From Geosiphon pyriformis uo1 (lineage: Eukaryota; Fungi; Glomeromycota), in the NCBI GenBank assembly GCA_016748015.1, contig JAAOMT010000699.1:62001-126000 (forward strand): a stretch of 64,000 nucleotides of DNA. Direction: 5' to 3'. Numbering within the stretch: the stretch's first letter is position 1; each line of letters opens with the position of its first letter. A model generated the notes under the pieces. That model did not search any database. It had not been told where the DNA came from and was given only the letters and a program-made list of their open reading frames with translations. Below, piece by piece: positions 14,078 to 27,700 of the stretch. The position numbers were made by a program, and so were the translations under genes.

Positions 14078-17000
14078 TATTATAGGTGATTATTTGAGTA
14101 TTGAAACAAATAACAAACTCATAATTTGGTATTCAATAGCTAGTAATATTGGTAATTTTTGAAGGTTTTGGAGTCTGAAAATTTTGGTTAAGTTTTTTAT
14201 ATAATAAACAGAAATTTAATTAATGGTTTTTTTTGTGAATTTTTTTCTTTAATGTAATAATTGGTTTATTCTAACAGTTATGCTTTTCTGGTAAGCTATT
14301 CTTAAGTTTTTTACTCTTGTTTTCAGGTTTTTTACTAGGCTATTTTTGATATCAATTATTTAATGTTTAATCTTTTTAATCAATTAGTAAACAACAAAAA
14401 AATAAAATAAAAAAAATAAAAAATTATTATTCTATTAATAACTATAATTAAAAGCTATTGTTTTAGTGTAATTAAATATTAGATTCTATCAACATAAAGT
14501 GTTGATAGTGAAGAAGTAATTAATATTTTTTTAATCAAATAATAATAACATAGATTGAATAATAATTAGACATTTTATTAATATTAATGTAATTTTACTT
14601 TAAGTTATAGAAAACTATTTTTTAAAGAGAAAAATATTGTTGTTTTTAAACTAATCTCGAATTCAAAATTGAATTCTATCTATTTTATTGAATTTTTTTG
14701 GAATTATTTTTTTTGCTTTTAATATTTTTATTATATATACATAATTTATGTTATACAAAATTTCTTGAAAATTTTTAATTTCTTTGAAAAAAATTCTGGA
14801 ATTTTTATTATTATGCTTATTTCTAATTGGCTATTTTATCTACTAATATAATTACTATTTTTTATTAATAATATTATTTTTTTCTTTTAATATTGAGTTT
14901 TATTGAGATCTTCTAAATTTTTTAAATCTATACTAATATACAAATAATATTCTAATTTGATAGCAGTTTTTTCAGAATATCTAAGATTAAATTCTGTATT
15001 AGTATTATGTATATGTTTTGACATAATATTTTTATTATTTTTATTGAATCATTTAAGTTTCTGCTTCTTTGAAAAATCTGGAAGCATAATATATTGTTCA
15101 AGATTATAATTAAGGTTTAAATTATCATTGTTGTTATTGCTATAATAAATAGTATTAAAACTGTTGTTGTTATCATTATTAGAGTTTGAATTGCAATTGA
15201 ATTTTGATTTTAATTCCAAAGTGCACTTGTTAATTGGTTTTTTCTTTTTGGAAATTGAATAGATTATATATGATAACAAATTGTGAATAAAATTATAATT
15301 ATTATAATATTTAAAGTTACTAAGAATTAGGCAATGTTTAAAAAGTTTAGTGTTTAATTATTCTAAATATTGTTCTTGTTTTTTTTAAGTGAATGCTAAA
15401 TTTTGGTAGTAAGATAGTTTTTTTTTTGGTTTTAATAAGTATGGAATGTGCCAATTGTTATTTTTTTTTTCTGTGAAGGTAGTAACTTGTGGTTTGTTAT
15501 TTTTTTTCCACTTATTATTTCAAGAGAATATTAGTGGTAGCTTGTTGTAATTGTTTTTAGCCTACAAAACTTAATAAGCTTTCCAAATAGATTTTTTTTT
15601 CAAATTCAATTAATGGTAATTGAATAGTAGTGTTTGTTTTAAAGTAACTGCAGATAGCTGGTATTCAAGTTTGCTAACTATCTTAACTAAATTGTAGCTT
15701 TTGTATAGTTTAGTTAAGTACAATATTGGTTTTAGACAATCAGTCATTATTAATAAAAGCTTGATATTGTGTGGCTTTTATGACTAAAACTTTAATTAAT
15801 ATTGTAATGCTATTAACTTCAAAAAAAAAGTCATTAATTTTGCCAATAGAAGTCTTAATTGCTCTATTGGTTATGATGATTTTGGTACTGGCACTGTAAT
15901 TAACTTGTCAATCTAATTAGTCCATAAGTTGTCATGTGATAATACTGCTTGCTAATTTGCTATTAAAAATTAGCTTAATAAATTGGCCATCAACTTTGGT
16001 ATTTATATATATTGTGGTAATTAGTTTATTATTAAGAGTAACTTTATTAAATAGAAAAATCATTGCTGATTCTTCTAATACAAAATGAAAAATGGTTACA
16101 AATAACTTATCTTTAATAACTATTACTAGTAGAATATTGTTAATAAGTAATATTGGGTTGGTTTTTAAGTTATTGAATGAATTATTTTCTGAAATAATTA
16201 AGAGACTTAAATAGTTTTAGAAATTTAGGTTTTGAGTGTACTTACTTTCTGAATTCTGCTGGCATAATTCTGATGGCTGGTTTAAAAAACTGAAGATTGG
16301 TTGGTATATAACTATTATTGATTTCCAGTTTTGTTAAATGTATGTAATTTTTGGCCTTTAATTTCTGGTTAATATTTGAGCTAAGTTTTGTGGAAGTGTT
16401 TGAATTGGTTGGGATTGATAAATAATTTATGGCTGCAGCTAATATATTACTGGTGCTGAAGTCTGATATACTAAAGATAAGTATATTGATTGTTGTATTA
16501 TTAAAGTGTAATAAGGCTAATATGAGTATAATTCTAATAACAAATTGTTAATATAGTTTTGGTTTAAAACCTGTAATTGGAGTTTTGATATTGATTTTCC
16601 AATTGTTGTTTATTAAATCTAAAATGGCAATCTGCTTTTAGATGGCTTTGTTTATCATAATAGTAACAATTACATATTTTTTATTGTCAAAGTTGATTTA
16701 ATAATAATGATAATAAAAAACACAATTAATTTTGAAAATAATTGGAGTTTCTTAGATTATTACAATGTTAGAAAAATTAATAAATTGCTTAATTGTTAGT
16801 TAATTATCTCTTGATTTTTTGGTTAATAAAGTTACTAAATTATTTTAGCTTAGAATCCAATTCAGATAATTTATTCATTACTAAATTAATAACTTGAGCA
16901 TAATTGGCTTTAAGTTCTGCCAATTCGAAATCTCTGGCATGAGTAACTGTATTTTAGAGAATATTTAAGTATATTAGACATACTTATTGTAAAAGACTAC

Positions 17001-20000
17001 TGTATAATCCATGAATAAATTAATTCAAAATTTGCAATACTGTAAAATAGTCAATATTAATTGCTTGAATTTTGGTGCAGATTTTTGTGAAAACATTCCA
17101 AGTAAGTAGTAATTGCTTTAGTATTATCTTGTTTAATTGTAATAAAACTAGTTAACAAGCAATTAATGCTATTATTATTGCTAAAATATTGTAAAAACAT
17201 GGTTTTAAACATGTTAAAATCTTGAGATTTGTTTACAAGATTCTGATATTATGAGTTAGTAGTATTCTGAAAAAAGTATGAGATGGCTTGAAATACTCTA
17301 ATATTATCTTATCTATTGGCTGTAATGGCTTTTTCTATATTATTCAGTTATGCTTGGATGTTGTTTTCTTTGCCAGTAAATTTTTCTAGTTTGGCAATAG
17401 ATACATATGCCATTGATGTAATTAATAATTGTTGTTAGAATTGTTGCTAAGCAGCAATTAGTACTACTGATAGTTGATTAATCAGAACAACTGGAGATAA
17501 ATCTTGTTAAATAATAGGAACAAAATTTGGATTGTTTGGGTTTTATTAAATTTAAACAATTAGAGTTTATACTTTTAAGTTATCTGAAATTGGGTTTTAA
17601 TTATTATTTCTTTGATTGTCATCTCTTTCTTCTTCTGATTTAGTATCTTCTTAATAACTGGTAGATCTAAAATTTGGTTAAAGTGGCAATAATCAAAGTT
17701 CTGATAGTATTGTTAGTTGTGATTTAAATTTTTTAAAGAAATTGTTATAAGTTCTTAATAATTTGGTTTTTTCTTAATTATTTTGGAATAATATTCTGGA
17801 TAATATTGTTGTCACAATTAATAATGTTATTTATAGAATATAGGAATTAAATATTAATACATAAATTAACCAATCAAAATAGACATAGTAAAAGTGGAAT
17901 TCCAGAATTTTTCTTAGAAGAATTGCAGGATTCTAGAATTAGAGAATTCCTGTATGAGAAATTACAGAATTTCAGAAATTCCAGAATTCTTGGCTAGAAA
18001 ATTGAGGAATTCAAGAAATCTTATATAACATAAATTATATATATATAGTAAGAGTATTAAAAGTAAAAAAAACAATTCCAAGAGAATTCAGAAATTCTTG
18101 GAGAATTCAATAGAGTTTTATTAATTTAGAACAATATTCTTTTTTCAAAAGATAGTTTTCTATGACTTGAAATGAAATCATTTTTCTATTAATAAAATTA
18201 TTTATTATTATCAAATTTATGTTATTATTACTTAATTAAAAATATTAATTACTTTTGCCACTATTAACATTCTATGTTAATAAAATCTAATATTTAACCA
18301 TCTTGGACCAATAGCTCTTAATCACGGCTATTGACAGAATACTAATTTTTTTTTTCTTTTTTTATTTATTTATTTTTTATTTATTTTTTTTGTTTACTAA
18401 TTAAATGAAGAATTGAAATACACAAAGTTATTGACATTAAAGTGACTGAGAAAAGACCCAGGAATAAGGATAGAACACTCAAGAATTGAGAATAACTTAC
18501 CAGAAGGATTACCAGCCATTATGCTGAGAAAAAAAATTGATGGAATTGCAATTTTGAAGCTATAGAAAACAATATTTGAATCTCTGTCCATTATACAAAA
18601 AACTCAAACCAAAATTTTTAGATTACCAAAACCATCAAGCTATTAAACACTAAGTTACGGATTTGTTATTTGTTTTCAGACTCCAAATAATTATTTGTAA
18701 CAATGGTAATGTGGATTTGGATAGTATGTAGATAATATTTCTTAGTATATAATAGTATAATAAGTAAATGAGTAAAATAACTCTTTGTTTTTTTAAGTAA
18801 ATAGTTGTATTTTCTTTGGTGTTTTTGCTGAAGTTTATAATTTCTCTTTGTTTGTGAAGATAATAAGAAATTTTTGTTGAATGTAATTTTTAATTTCTCG
18901 ATTTATTTTTGTAATTAGTAAGACAAACAAATAATTTTGTGGAAGCATAATGCTTTGGAGTAATTTACTGTAGAAATTTTTATAAATGGTTTTTGAATCT
19001 TTTTGATTTTCCAAATAGAATTTAATTTTTTATTGACATAGAAATTGAAAGCTGATTCTGCTGGCCAATAGTTATTTGTCAGTTCAAAATAAGTTTGGTA
19101 ATATTAAAATAAGAATTTTGCAAATTTTAAATGATTTTTTCTTATGATTTCTTGATTTGTTACTTTTCTAGATAGTTGATATTAGTGCTAGTTTTTTGTT
19201 AAATTATATCTTACAAAGAGCATCAAATGTTATAGATAATTATTTGAAGTGTTAAAACAAATAACAAACTCATAACTTAGTACTCAATAGTTTAAAATAT
19301 TGGTAATTTTTGAAGATTTTGGAATTTGAAGGTTTTGGTTGAGTTTTTTGTATAATAAACAAAAATTCAATTGATAGTTTCTTTTGTGAATTTTTTTTAA
19401 CATAGTGGCCAGTTTATTTTAGCAGTCATGTTCTTTTGGTAAACTATTCTTAAATTTTTATTCTTGTTTCCAAATCTTTTACCAGACTATTTTTAACATC
19501 AAATATTCAGTGCTTAGTTCTTTTAATCAATTAATAAACAACAAAAAAATAAAATAAAAAAAAATAAAAAATTAGTATCTTGTTAATAGCTATGATTAAA
19601 AGCTATTGTTCTAATATGGTTAAGTATTAAAATTTATTAATATAAGTTGTTAATAGTAAAGAAGTAATTAATATTCTTAATCAAGCAACAAAAACATAGA
19701 TTAGATAATAATTAGATATTTTATTAATATTAATGTGATTTTACTTTAAGTTATAGAAAACTATCTTTTAAAAGAAGAGATATAAGATAAGTAGTTATTG
19801 TTAGCTATTGTTCTGTTTGAGTCTCAAATACTTTTTTTACTTTTATTACTTTTGCTATATATACATAATTTATATTATATAAGATTTCTTGAAATCTTTC
19901 AATTTTTTTAACAAGAATTCTAAAATTCTGAAATTCTGCGATTTTTTTTTATTATGCCTATTTCTAATTGGCTATTTTATTTAATTATTATAATTCTTAA

Positions 20001-20014
20001 TTTTTATAAGTAAC
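14078..20014 (-). mobile_element. Internally deleted Ty3/gypsy LTR retrotransposon (LTR family A)
   Basis: LTRs at ~14078-14873 and 19228-20014 with TGT...ACA ends. PBS-like TTTGATGCTCT lies next to the 5' LTR. The gag/protease/dUTPase-start remnants are colinear with 39-42 kb, and RT/IN are deleted. Confidence 0.8.
17825..18702 (+). mobile_element. Solo LTR (family A) nested in the opposite orientation
   Basis: TGTTATTTATAGAAT...TTTGTAACA, homologous to 36292-37393. Flanks ATAA/ATGG are a probable decayed 4-bp TSD. Confidence 0.8.
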
Positions 20015-20760
20015 AATATGTAATTATTTTGCTGTAAAAGTCAATTTTTTTACAGAAATCTTATTTGTAAATTATTTTAGTATATATAATATAAAAATAT
20101 AATAATATAAAAAAAATATAAAAAAAAATTTTGTTAAGAGAATTGTCTTTTGTTCAGATTTAAAATTACTAATAAATTACTGAAATTAATAGATAATTAA
20201 TTTTAAAACATTAATAAAAATTCGGAAAATTTCAAGTAAAATAATTATAATTTTTGTTGTTTTTTAATGTAGTTTTTATTAAAGTAATTTGTATAAATAC
20301 TAAGAAAAAATATTTTTAATAAAGATAATTTAAGTTAAAATATATTTTTTCAAAAAAAAAAACTCTTTTTTTATATAATTTGTTATAGTACTAATTTTAT
20401 AAACTTGAATTTTCTTTTGTTACAATTTTGGTAAACTAAAAATTTATTCTAATAATTTACAAATTGTTTCTATAAACTATAAATTATTTCAGTAAACTAT
20501 TAAAATATTTTGTAAATTTCTATAAATTTCGGCAAATTTTTAAATATTATAAAGTTTAGAATCTTATATAATTTGATTATTATATTTGTATATTATACAA
20601 ATTAAGTTATTAATTAAATATTAGTATTTGAATATAATTAAATAATAAGTAATAATTACAATAATAATAATATATATTAATTGATAATATGAATTTTAAG
20701 AGTAATTTTATGTTAATTATTGATTAAATTCTATTGATAACAATAAATTCAGCTAATATA
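20015..20760. repeat. Dispersed ~740 bp repeat, second copy at ~44973-45690
   Basis: Colinear match (e.g. taattattttgctgtaaaagtcaa vs tagttattttgttataaaagtcaa). Differences are mostly transitions. Family unknown. Confidence 0.85.
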
Positions 20761-23700
20761 ATATTTTTTAGACATTGGTTTAACAAGTTTGAGTGCTTAA
20801 AAAACAAATAATTTTCTAAGTTTTTTGGGCTAGAATTGTTGATTACCAAGATAGTAAAGAAATTGAATTTGGACAGCAAACTTAAATATAATTATTTTAT
20901 TAGAAAATAATTTACTATTAATGATAAAAAAATTTCTAAAATTAGTAATATGTTTTAAAATAATACAAAGTCAATAAATATAATTAAACATTTGTTAATA
21001 ATCAAGAAAAAATATAGAAAGTCTAGATATTATAAGTTAAAAGCAACAAAAAATACAGTTATAAAAAAGCAATTAAGAAACAGTTAAAAAGTTTTAGTTT
21101 TAATAAAAAAAATATAATAAAAAATGTTTTAGAACAATTTTTTTGCAAAATAGTTCTGAATTATTTAGTAGTTAAGAAAAAGTTGATTTTAAAGCCAAAT
21201 TAAATAAAACTTAGAATTAATAAAATTATAATAAATTAAACAAAAAAACAGAAAGTGCTTACAATGCTATCTGATTTGTGGTCTTATTAGTATGTACTAT
21301 TAAGCTATATAAAAAAAAGTGTTTTTTCTAATATAGTAAGTAAGATCAAAATAGATAAGTTAATACTGGTAATTAATAATCTGCTTAATAACAAAACTGC
21401 TGGCTTATCTGAAATATTAAATAAATTTTAAAACTATTATAATAATATAATAATAAATATTTTTTAAATTTATTAAACTCTTGTTTAATTTTTAATAATA
21501 TTTTAGTTTTTTAAAAGAAAATATGAGTTTTAATAATTTTCAAGTTATAAATATTTAACTTATTGTATTTATCAAAATAGTTAAGAAAAATTTGGCAAAA
21601 ATTTTTTTGAATTATATTTTTTTGGTTTGTAATGAGTTTAATGTTTTTTGAAATATTAATTTTTTGGTTTTAAAGAGTATTTTAACTTAATCTTCTGTAT
21701 TTACTATTGATTTAATAATAAATAATACTTTGATAAAAGACCAAAAACTTTGATTAATTTTGTAGAATATGTATAAAAACATATAATTTGGTTGGTTAAT
21801 ATTATTTAAAGATTAATTTAAGATGTATTAAAATATATAATAAATTTATTAAGTTTTTTGGAAATATATATATAAACAAAATCAACAAAGTAATAACTAA
21901 TTTTGGTTTTTTAGATAGTTATAAAGTACAAGATAGACTTGATTAAAGTAAAGTATTCTCTTTAATTTTTTGAAAAATTTTTTATGATTTATTATTGTGT
22001 AAAATAAAGAAATATAAACATTTATGTAGATATAAAATTAATACTAATTTTGTGGCAAAAAATTTTTTTTTGCAGTTGGTGTTTTTGTTGATAATATAAT
22101 TTGAATAGATAATAGTTAGACTTTAACAAAATATATTTTGAATATTATTAGTGAGTTTTTTAAGATTAATAACATTTTTATTAATAATAACAAGACAATA
22201 ACAATTTTTATTAACCAAATAATTATAGATGTTTTTTTGTGTATTAATAATTAACTAATTTCTATTGCCAAGCATAGTAAATTTTATAAATATCTAGGAA
22301 TTTTTTTGTTAATAGAAAGTATGTTTAAGCTAAGTTTTATTAAGACACATTTAGATATCAGATTTTTTTTAAATTTGGTTTTCAAAAAGACATTATTAGA
22401 TAAATAATTTTTTATTTAGTCTTAACAATTTTACAGCTTATTGTAAATTATCAAATATAATTTAGTTTTATATCTAAGAATATGTATTAAAAATAAAATA
22501 TTATGATTAAAAAAAATTTAGATTTAAGACTTTGTATTATTTGTTTTTGTATAGATTGAAGTCTTTTAAACAAATACAAATAAAAAACAAAGTGGCTTTA
22601 ATAATTTGGTTTTTTAATATAATTAGAATTTTTAATCAGTTATTTAAGCACTGTTTTTTGAATTTATAAGTTTTAGAATAAATATTTATAAACTTATTAT
22701 AATATCTAATTAAGTAAAAAGTTAACTTTGTAAATAATTATTTGGCAGGTGTAGTAAAAAATTTTTTGAATAACAGAATTTTTTTGGCCAACAACTTGCT
22801 TAGCATATTTTATAGTTTTTGTTGTTTTTTAATATTTATGATATTAGGAAATTTCTATTATTTTATTGTAATTTGCTTTTTAAAATATTTTAATGTTGTT
22901 TTTAGAGACAGATTATTAAATAAATATGAATTAATTGTAGATTAGAAGACTTTTTGTTATTGAAAAAAATTAAGTTTTAAGGATTTAGTGCTATTATAAT
23001 TTAAAAAAACTTTAGTTTACATGAATAATCTTTTTATTAAACTTAATAAAATTGCTCTTATTTTTGGTTGCTTAAATTTTTTCTATTCAAATAAATTTAC
23101 AAATATTTGAAAACATTTGTATAAATTGTAAACAGATGCTTTTAACGTTTATATTAAAGATTTATTATAGTATTTGAGTACTATAAAAGTGGTAAATAAA
23201 ACAGTGGCTTATTTTTCTGATATTAAAATAGACATAGATATTAAAATTTATGAACTGTTGTCTTTAATGATGTTAAAATTACAGACAATTGTCTTAGTAT
23301 CGAAATGTATTTTTTTTTAGCTTATTAATTTTGCATATAAATAGCTAAGCTATTATAAATACATGTATTTTAGAACTTAAACTTTATTTATCTAATTTTT
23401 AAAACAAGTATTGAATAAAGACATTATGTGGCTAATTTAAAATATTTTTGTAAAGTAAATAAAGATTAAAAATTATTAAAAAAATGTAAACAATAACTAA
23501 AATAATGTTTTTATATATAATATTACATAGTTTTGTTTTGTTTTATTTGTTAAAATTTATAAAAAATTTATTGTAACTAATAGTCAAGTTATATTAAAAA
23601 ATGCTTACTATTTTGTTTACAATATTTATTAAACTGTTTGTCATGCTTAATAAAAAATAAATCTAATACAAAAATTATAAATAGATTAAAGTTCAAAATA

Positions 23701-24500
23701 TAGACTGAATTAATACAATTGTGATTTGGTATTCGAATTTTTACATGCTTTTAGAGTTTATTAACAAAGCTTTAACTGTTTTTTACACATATTTAATAAA
23801 GCCAGTTTATTAAAAACTATTAGTTGTAATTAAAAAAAAACTTTATAATAAGAGCTATTTAGATTTTTTATGCTTAATGTATAATAATATTAAATTGTTT
23901 AATCATATTTTTATATGTTTAAAAAATACTTCTGTATGCTTTGAAATTTTGCTGAGTTATGTTAAACTGTAAAAATCTTTGACAAAATTTTGTTTTTTGT
24001 TATTATTCTTAGTGTTATACACTTTTTTTGGAAGATTTTAGACATTAATATTTATATAATCTTATATAAAAGCTTTGTTTTTAAAGACTGAACTGATAAA
24101 ACAGTATTAATTTTTGGTAATAGAAAGAAAACTGTTTTAATGATAGTTAATTTTATTTATTATTTGGCCAAAAAGCATTGTAATAAGTTATAACTATTTA
24201 GATTAAAATTCAAGATAGATATAGAAAAAAATAACTTAATTGGTAATATAAAAATAATGTTTATTGGCTTTAGTAGTTTGTTTTGTGTTTTGTTAACTAG
24301 AGTTATTTATTAACTTAGTATTATTAAATCTTTTGCTATTAGCTTTAAATTATACAAAACTTGGTTTTTTTTTAAGTATTATTAATAATATATAGATTTA
24401 TATAAGTGTATAATATTGTCTTAATTGGTCTAAGTAATTAATTATATATAATAAACATATAAATTACACTTAGATAAAATTTTTAGTTTGTTTTTGTATA
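20760..24500 (+). mobile_element. Decayed LINE ORF2 (RT, RNase H, CCHC) plus 3' UTR, related to the element at 24.7-31.6 kb
   Basis: FAVGVFVDNII*IDNS near 22070 versus LAAGAFVDNTIWVGSS. A decayed 3' UTR motif lies at 24415-24480. Tail-to-tail with the next element. Confidence 0.82.
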
Positions 24501-24706
24501 TTAAATAATAGTTAAACTGTACTTATTAAATATAAAATAGAAATATTAATTTAATTAAACAATAAATTTTGAAATATTTTAACAACTCTGTTTTTTTATA
24601 AAAAAAATTTAAATAGAAACAATTAAAAAAATAGATTAATAAAAATTTTCAGATAAAAACTAATATTATTAAAAACATTAAAAATTAATAATTTACATAA
24701 ATAAAT

Positions 24707-27700
24707 TATTTTATTATTATTATTATTATTAATGAGTGGAATCCAAATGCCACCTAGTGCTATACATTATACAAATGATCTAAACTAGGTGTGAATCATG
24801 TCTTTGCTACATGTGACCAGACACTCAGACTAGTCAGAACAACACTATGCACTTATATGAACAGAAGCCATGTCACTAATATCTGCATAAAACAAACAAC
24901 ACTTACGATACCTAAAACTGATGCTAAGTACATCAACAACACCCAACAACCTAATTACCTCAGCCGAAAGCTGCATAGAAAAACCAGTAACAGCGACAGG
25001 AATAGAACCATCATGTGGAATCAGCTTATTTTTCTCCATAATGGCCTGGTGTTTCACATAAACCAGCCAGATATTATCATAAAATACAAGACAAAACTCA
25101 TGTACAAAATTCACAACATTAACCACTGCCACCTTAGGATCCTTGTAAACAGAAACAGACTTGTGATACCAATCGCCGAAAACAAAGCCTTTACACATGG
25201 TCATACTGACAGTCACATCTGAAATGCAAGTCGACAACAACTGCAATATACACGAAGAAGAACGAGACAGACCAGAATGCATTTTCCAGGCAGCTGCATA
25301 AGTGTCCAACAAATTGGTGTAATTATTAGTGTCAGAAAAGCAAGAAAAGACATGGTCTGAGACTTTAATCTCACCACAGAATAAACAAACTACACTGGGA
25401 TAGCTCTTATCATACAGACGCTTTTGTACAACAACAAGAAGGCGATGATGAAGGGCTTTCATGAAATATGTACGAAAACCAGCCATTCGAATACTAGTAA
25501 AACCAGTCCCCATGTAGAAATCTGGGTGCCACACCAGAAAAAACCTCAACCAGTCAATATCAGCACACAAACAACCTGGAACAATCTAGGAACCAGAATC
25601 AATCTTCTAATATACACAATGGATTGACCTGAATATGTTACGAACAAAATGCCTTGAATTACTAGAAACCGTATCAACACCAGCCTTCAAAAACCTCTCA
25701 CTGACCAAGTGAGACAGATGTCAGGCAGAAAGGGCAGTATTTTTAGCAAGCGCATCAGCATGTTCATTGCCTGAAACACCCAAATGGCTCTTAATCTTAA
25801 TCCAATTAACATCTAAATTTTTGCAATGAATGACATTGGTGATGTGACAACACTCAATCCAACAATGATTCCTGAAATCAGGGTCAACCAATAAAGACTC
25901 CGACCTGCAAGCATCTATAGCCGCCTGGCTGTCCAAGAACAAATCGATCAAATAAAAAGAAGGAACACACTCAAGAGCTAAAGCAATGGCCTGCAACTCT
26001 GCCAAAGTAGAAGAAACCAAACCTGAAACCCCCACACCCAGACCTGAATCAATGTCCTCAAAGAAAACTGCAGCACCAGCCAACATGTTAACAGTGCCCA
26101 AGTTATTCAGAGATTCATCTGTGTACACAGAGAGACGGGCAGCATCAACATTCAACAGATTATTGCAAATAACACCAAAACCAAGAGACTGATGGATGTC
26201 AGAAGAGCCACAAACACTCTCATAAGGAGAATGACCAGAAGGAGAAGCTACACCACCAAGAAAATGTACAGAAAGATCAAACCAGAAGGAAATCAAACCA
26301 CAAGGGTCCAGTTTTTTCCAACGCTTGAAAGTCTTCCAATCAAAAACAACACCATTCTGGTCACAAAGCTGTTCTACAAAAGCAATACCATAACGCATGA
26401 AGGAAAAGACACATTTATAGAAAACTGCCTTACCAAGAACTAGAGACATAGAAGTATCACTCCAAAGACAAAAAGCACTGTCCAGAAAGCCACTCAGAGA
26501 TAAATTACACCCAGAAAAAATATGAACCACACCTGCTAAAAAGTTGTTCGAGAGACTAACTCTAACACAAACAAGAAACAACAAAAAGTGATGAGGACGC
26601 CAGCTAAGAACCTGGAGATTATGAGACTTATGAGAGAACAAGTGACCCAAAACACCAAATGAATTTGCAAAAGCAATGACAGAAGCCGACTTGCTTTTAG
26701 CCTGAATCTGCTCAAAAGTCTTTAAATTGTACAAGGAAAAATGATGAAGTGCATCATTGGGAAAGTCCAGAGACAGCCCAAATTTAGATTTCAGGCCCTT
26801 GCAAATCAAAGCATCCCATTTATTACACATATTGAGAGGAATATAACTGAACTGAGTTCTGTAGCTGACAATAGGAAAGAGAACTGAAGACACCAAATAA
26901 GCAAACTGTTTATCCAAAACAACTTTTCTTAAAACGAGATTGGTAAAAAACTGAACATCCAAATGTGCCTTAACCAAGCTGGACTTCAAAAGACCTTCAG
27001 AAGATAAAAAAATCCCTAGATAATGATGAGGTTCACTCCTTCTGGTGATGGAGATTGGCAGACCATTGATGGTTAGATAAGGAGCAGTAATCTGACAGTT
27101 AATGGGAATGACCACAGTCTTGTTATTGTTTATTGAAATGTCATTTAAACGAAAGAAATTACTAGCAACATTGAAGATGTATTGTGTAGCAGCCTGGCTG
27201 CTACCAACCCAGATAGTATTATCAACAAAAGCACCAGCAGCCAGAAACGATATCAGCCCAGCCTGAGATTCCATTCGGCCAGTCTTAGAAACAAAATGAG
27301 AAATCAATCTGTAACCACAAATGCTCTCCTGTCTTTTAACCTCACGCAAGAGCGGGTCATAAAATATGCACCAAAGTAGTGGTAAAAAAACCTTCACCTG
27401 ATCCAATCTATCGTGAACATGATATCTATCAGTCAAACCAAAATCTGTTATTATTCTGTTTGTGCGACCATTATGAATACAACCAAAAAATCTGATAAAT
27501 TTGCCACATATCTTGATCCTAATCAAACTCCTCTTGAGATGCTCCCAACCCACAGAATCATATGCTTTGCGCATATCCTGTAAAACCAGCCACAACTCTT
27601 GGTTCTTTTCCAAAGCATTTTTGATCACTGAACCAACAGCAAAGATAGGTAATTGTGTAGACATACTTTTTAGAACAAAGAAATTGTCCCCACAGAGAAC

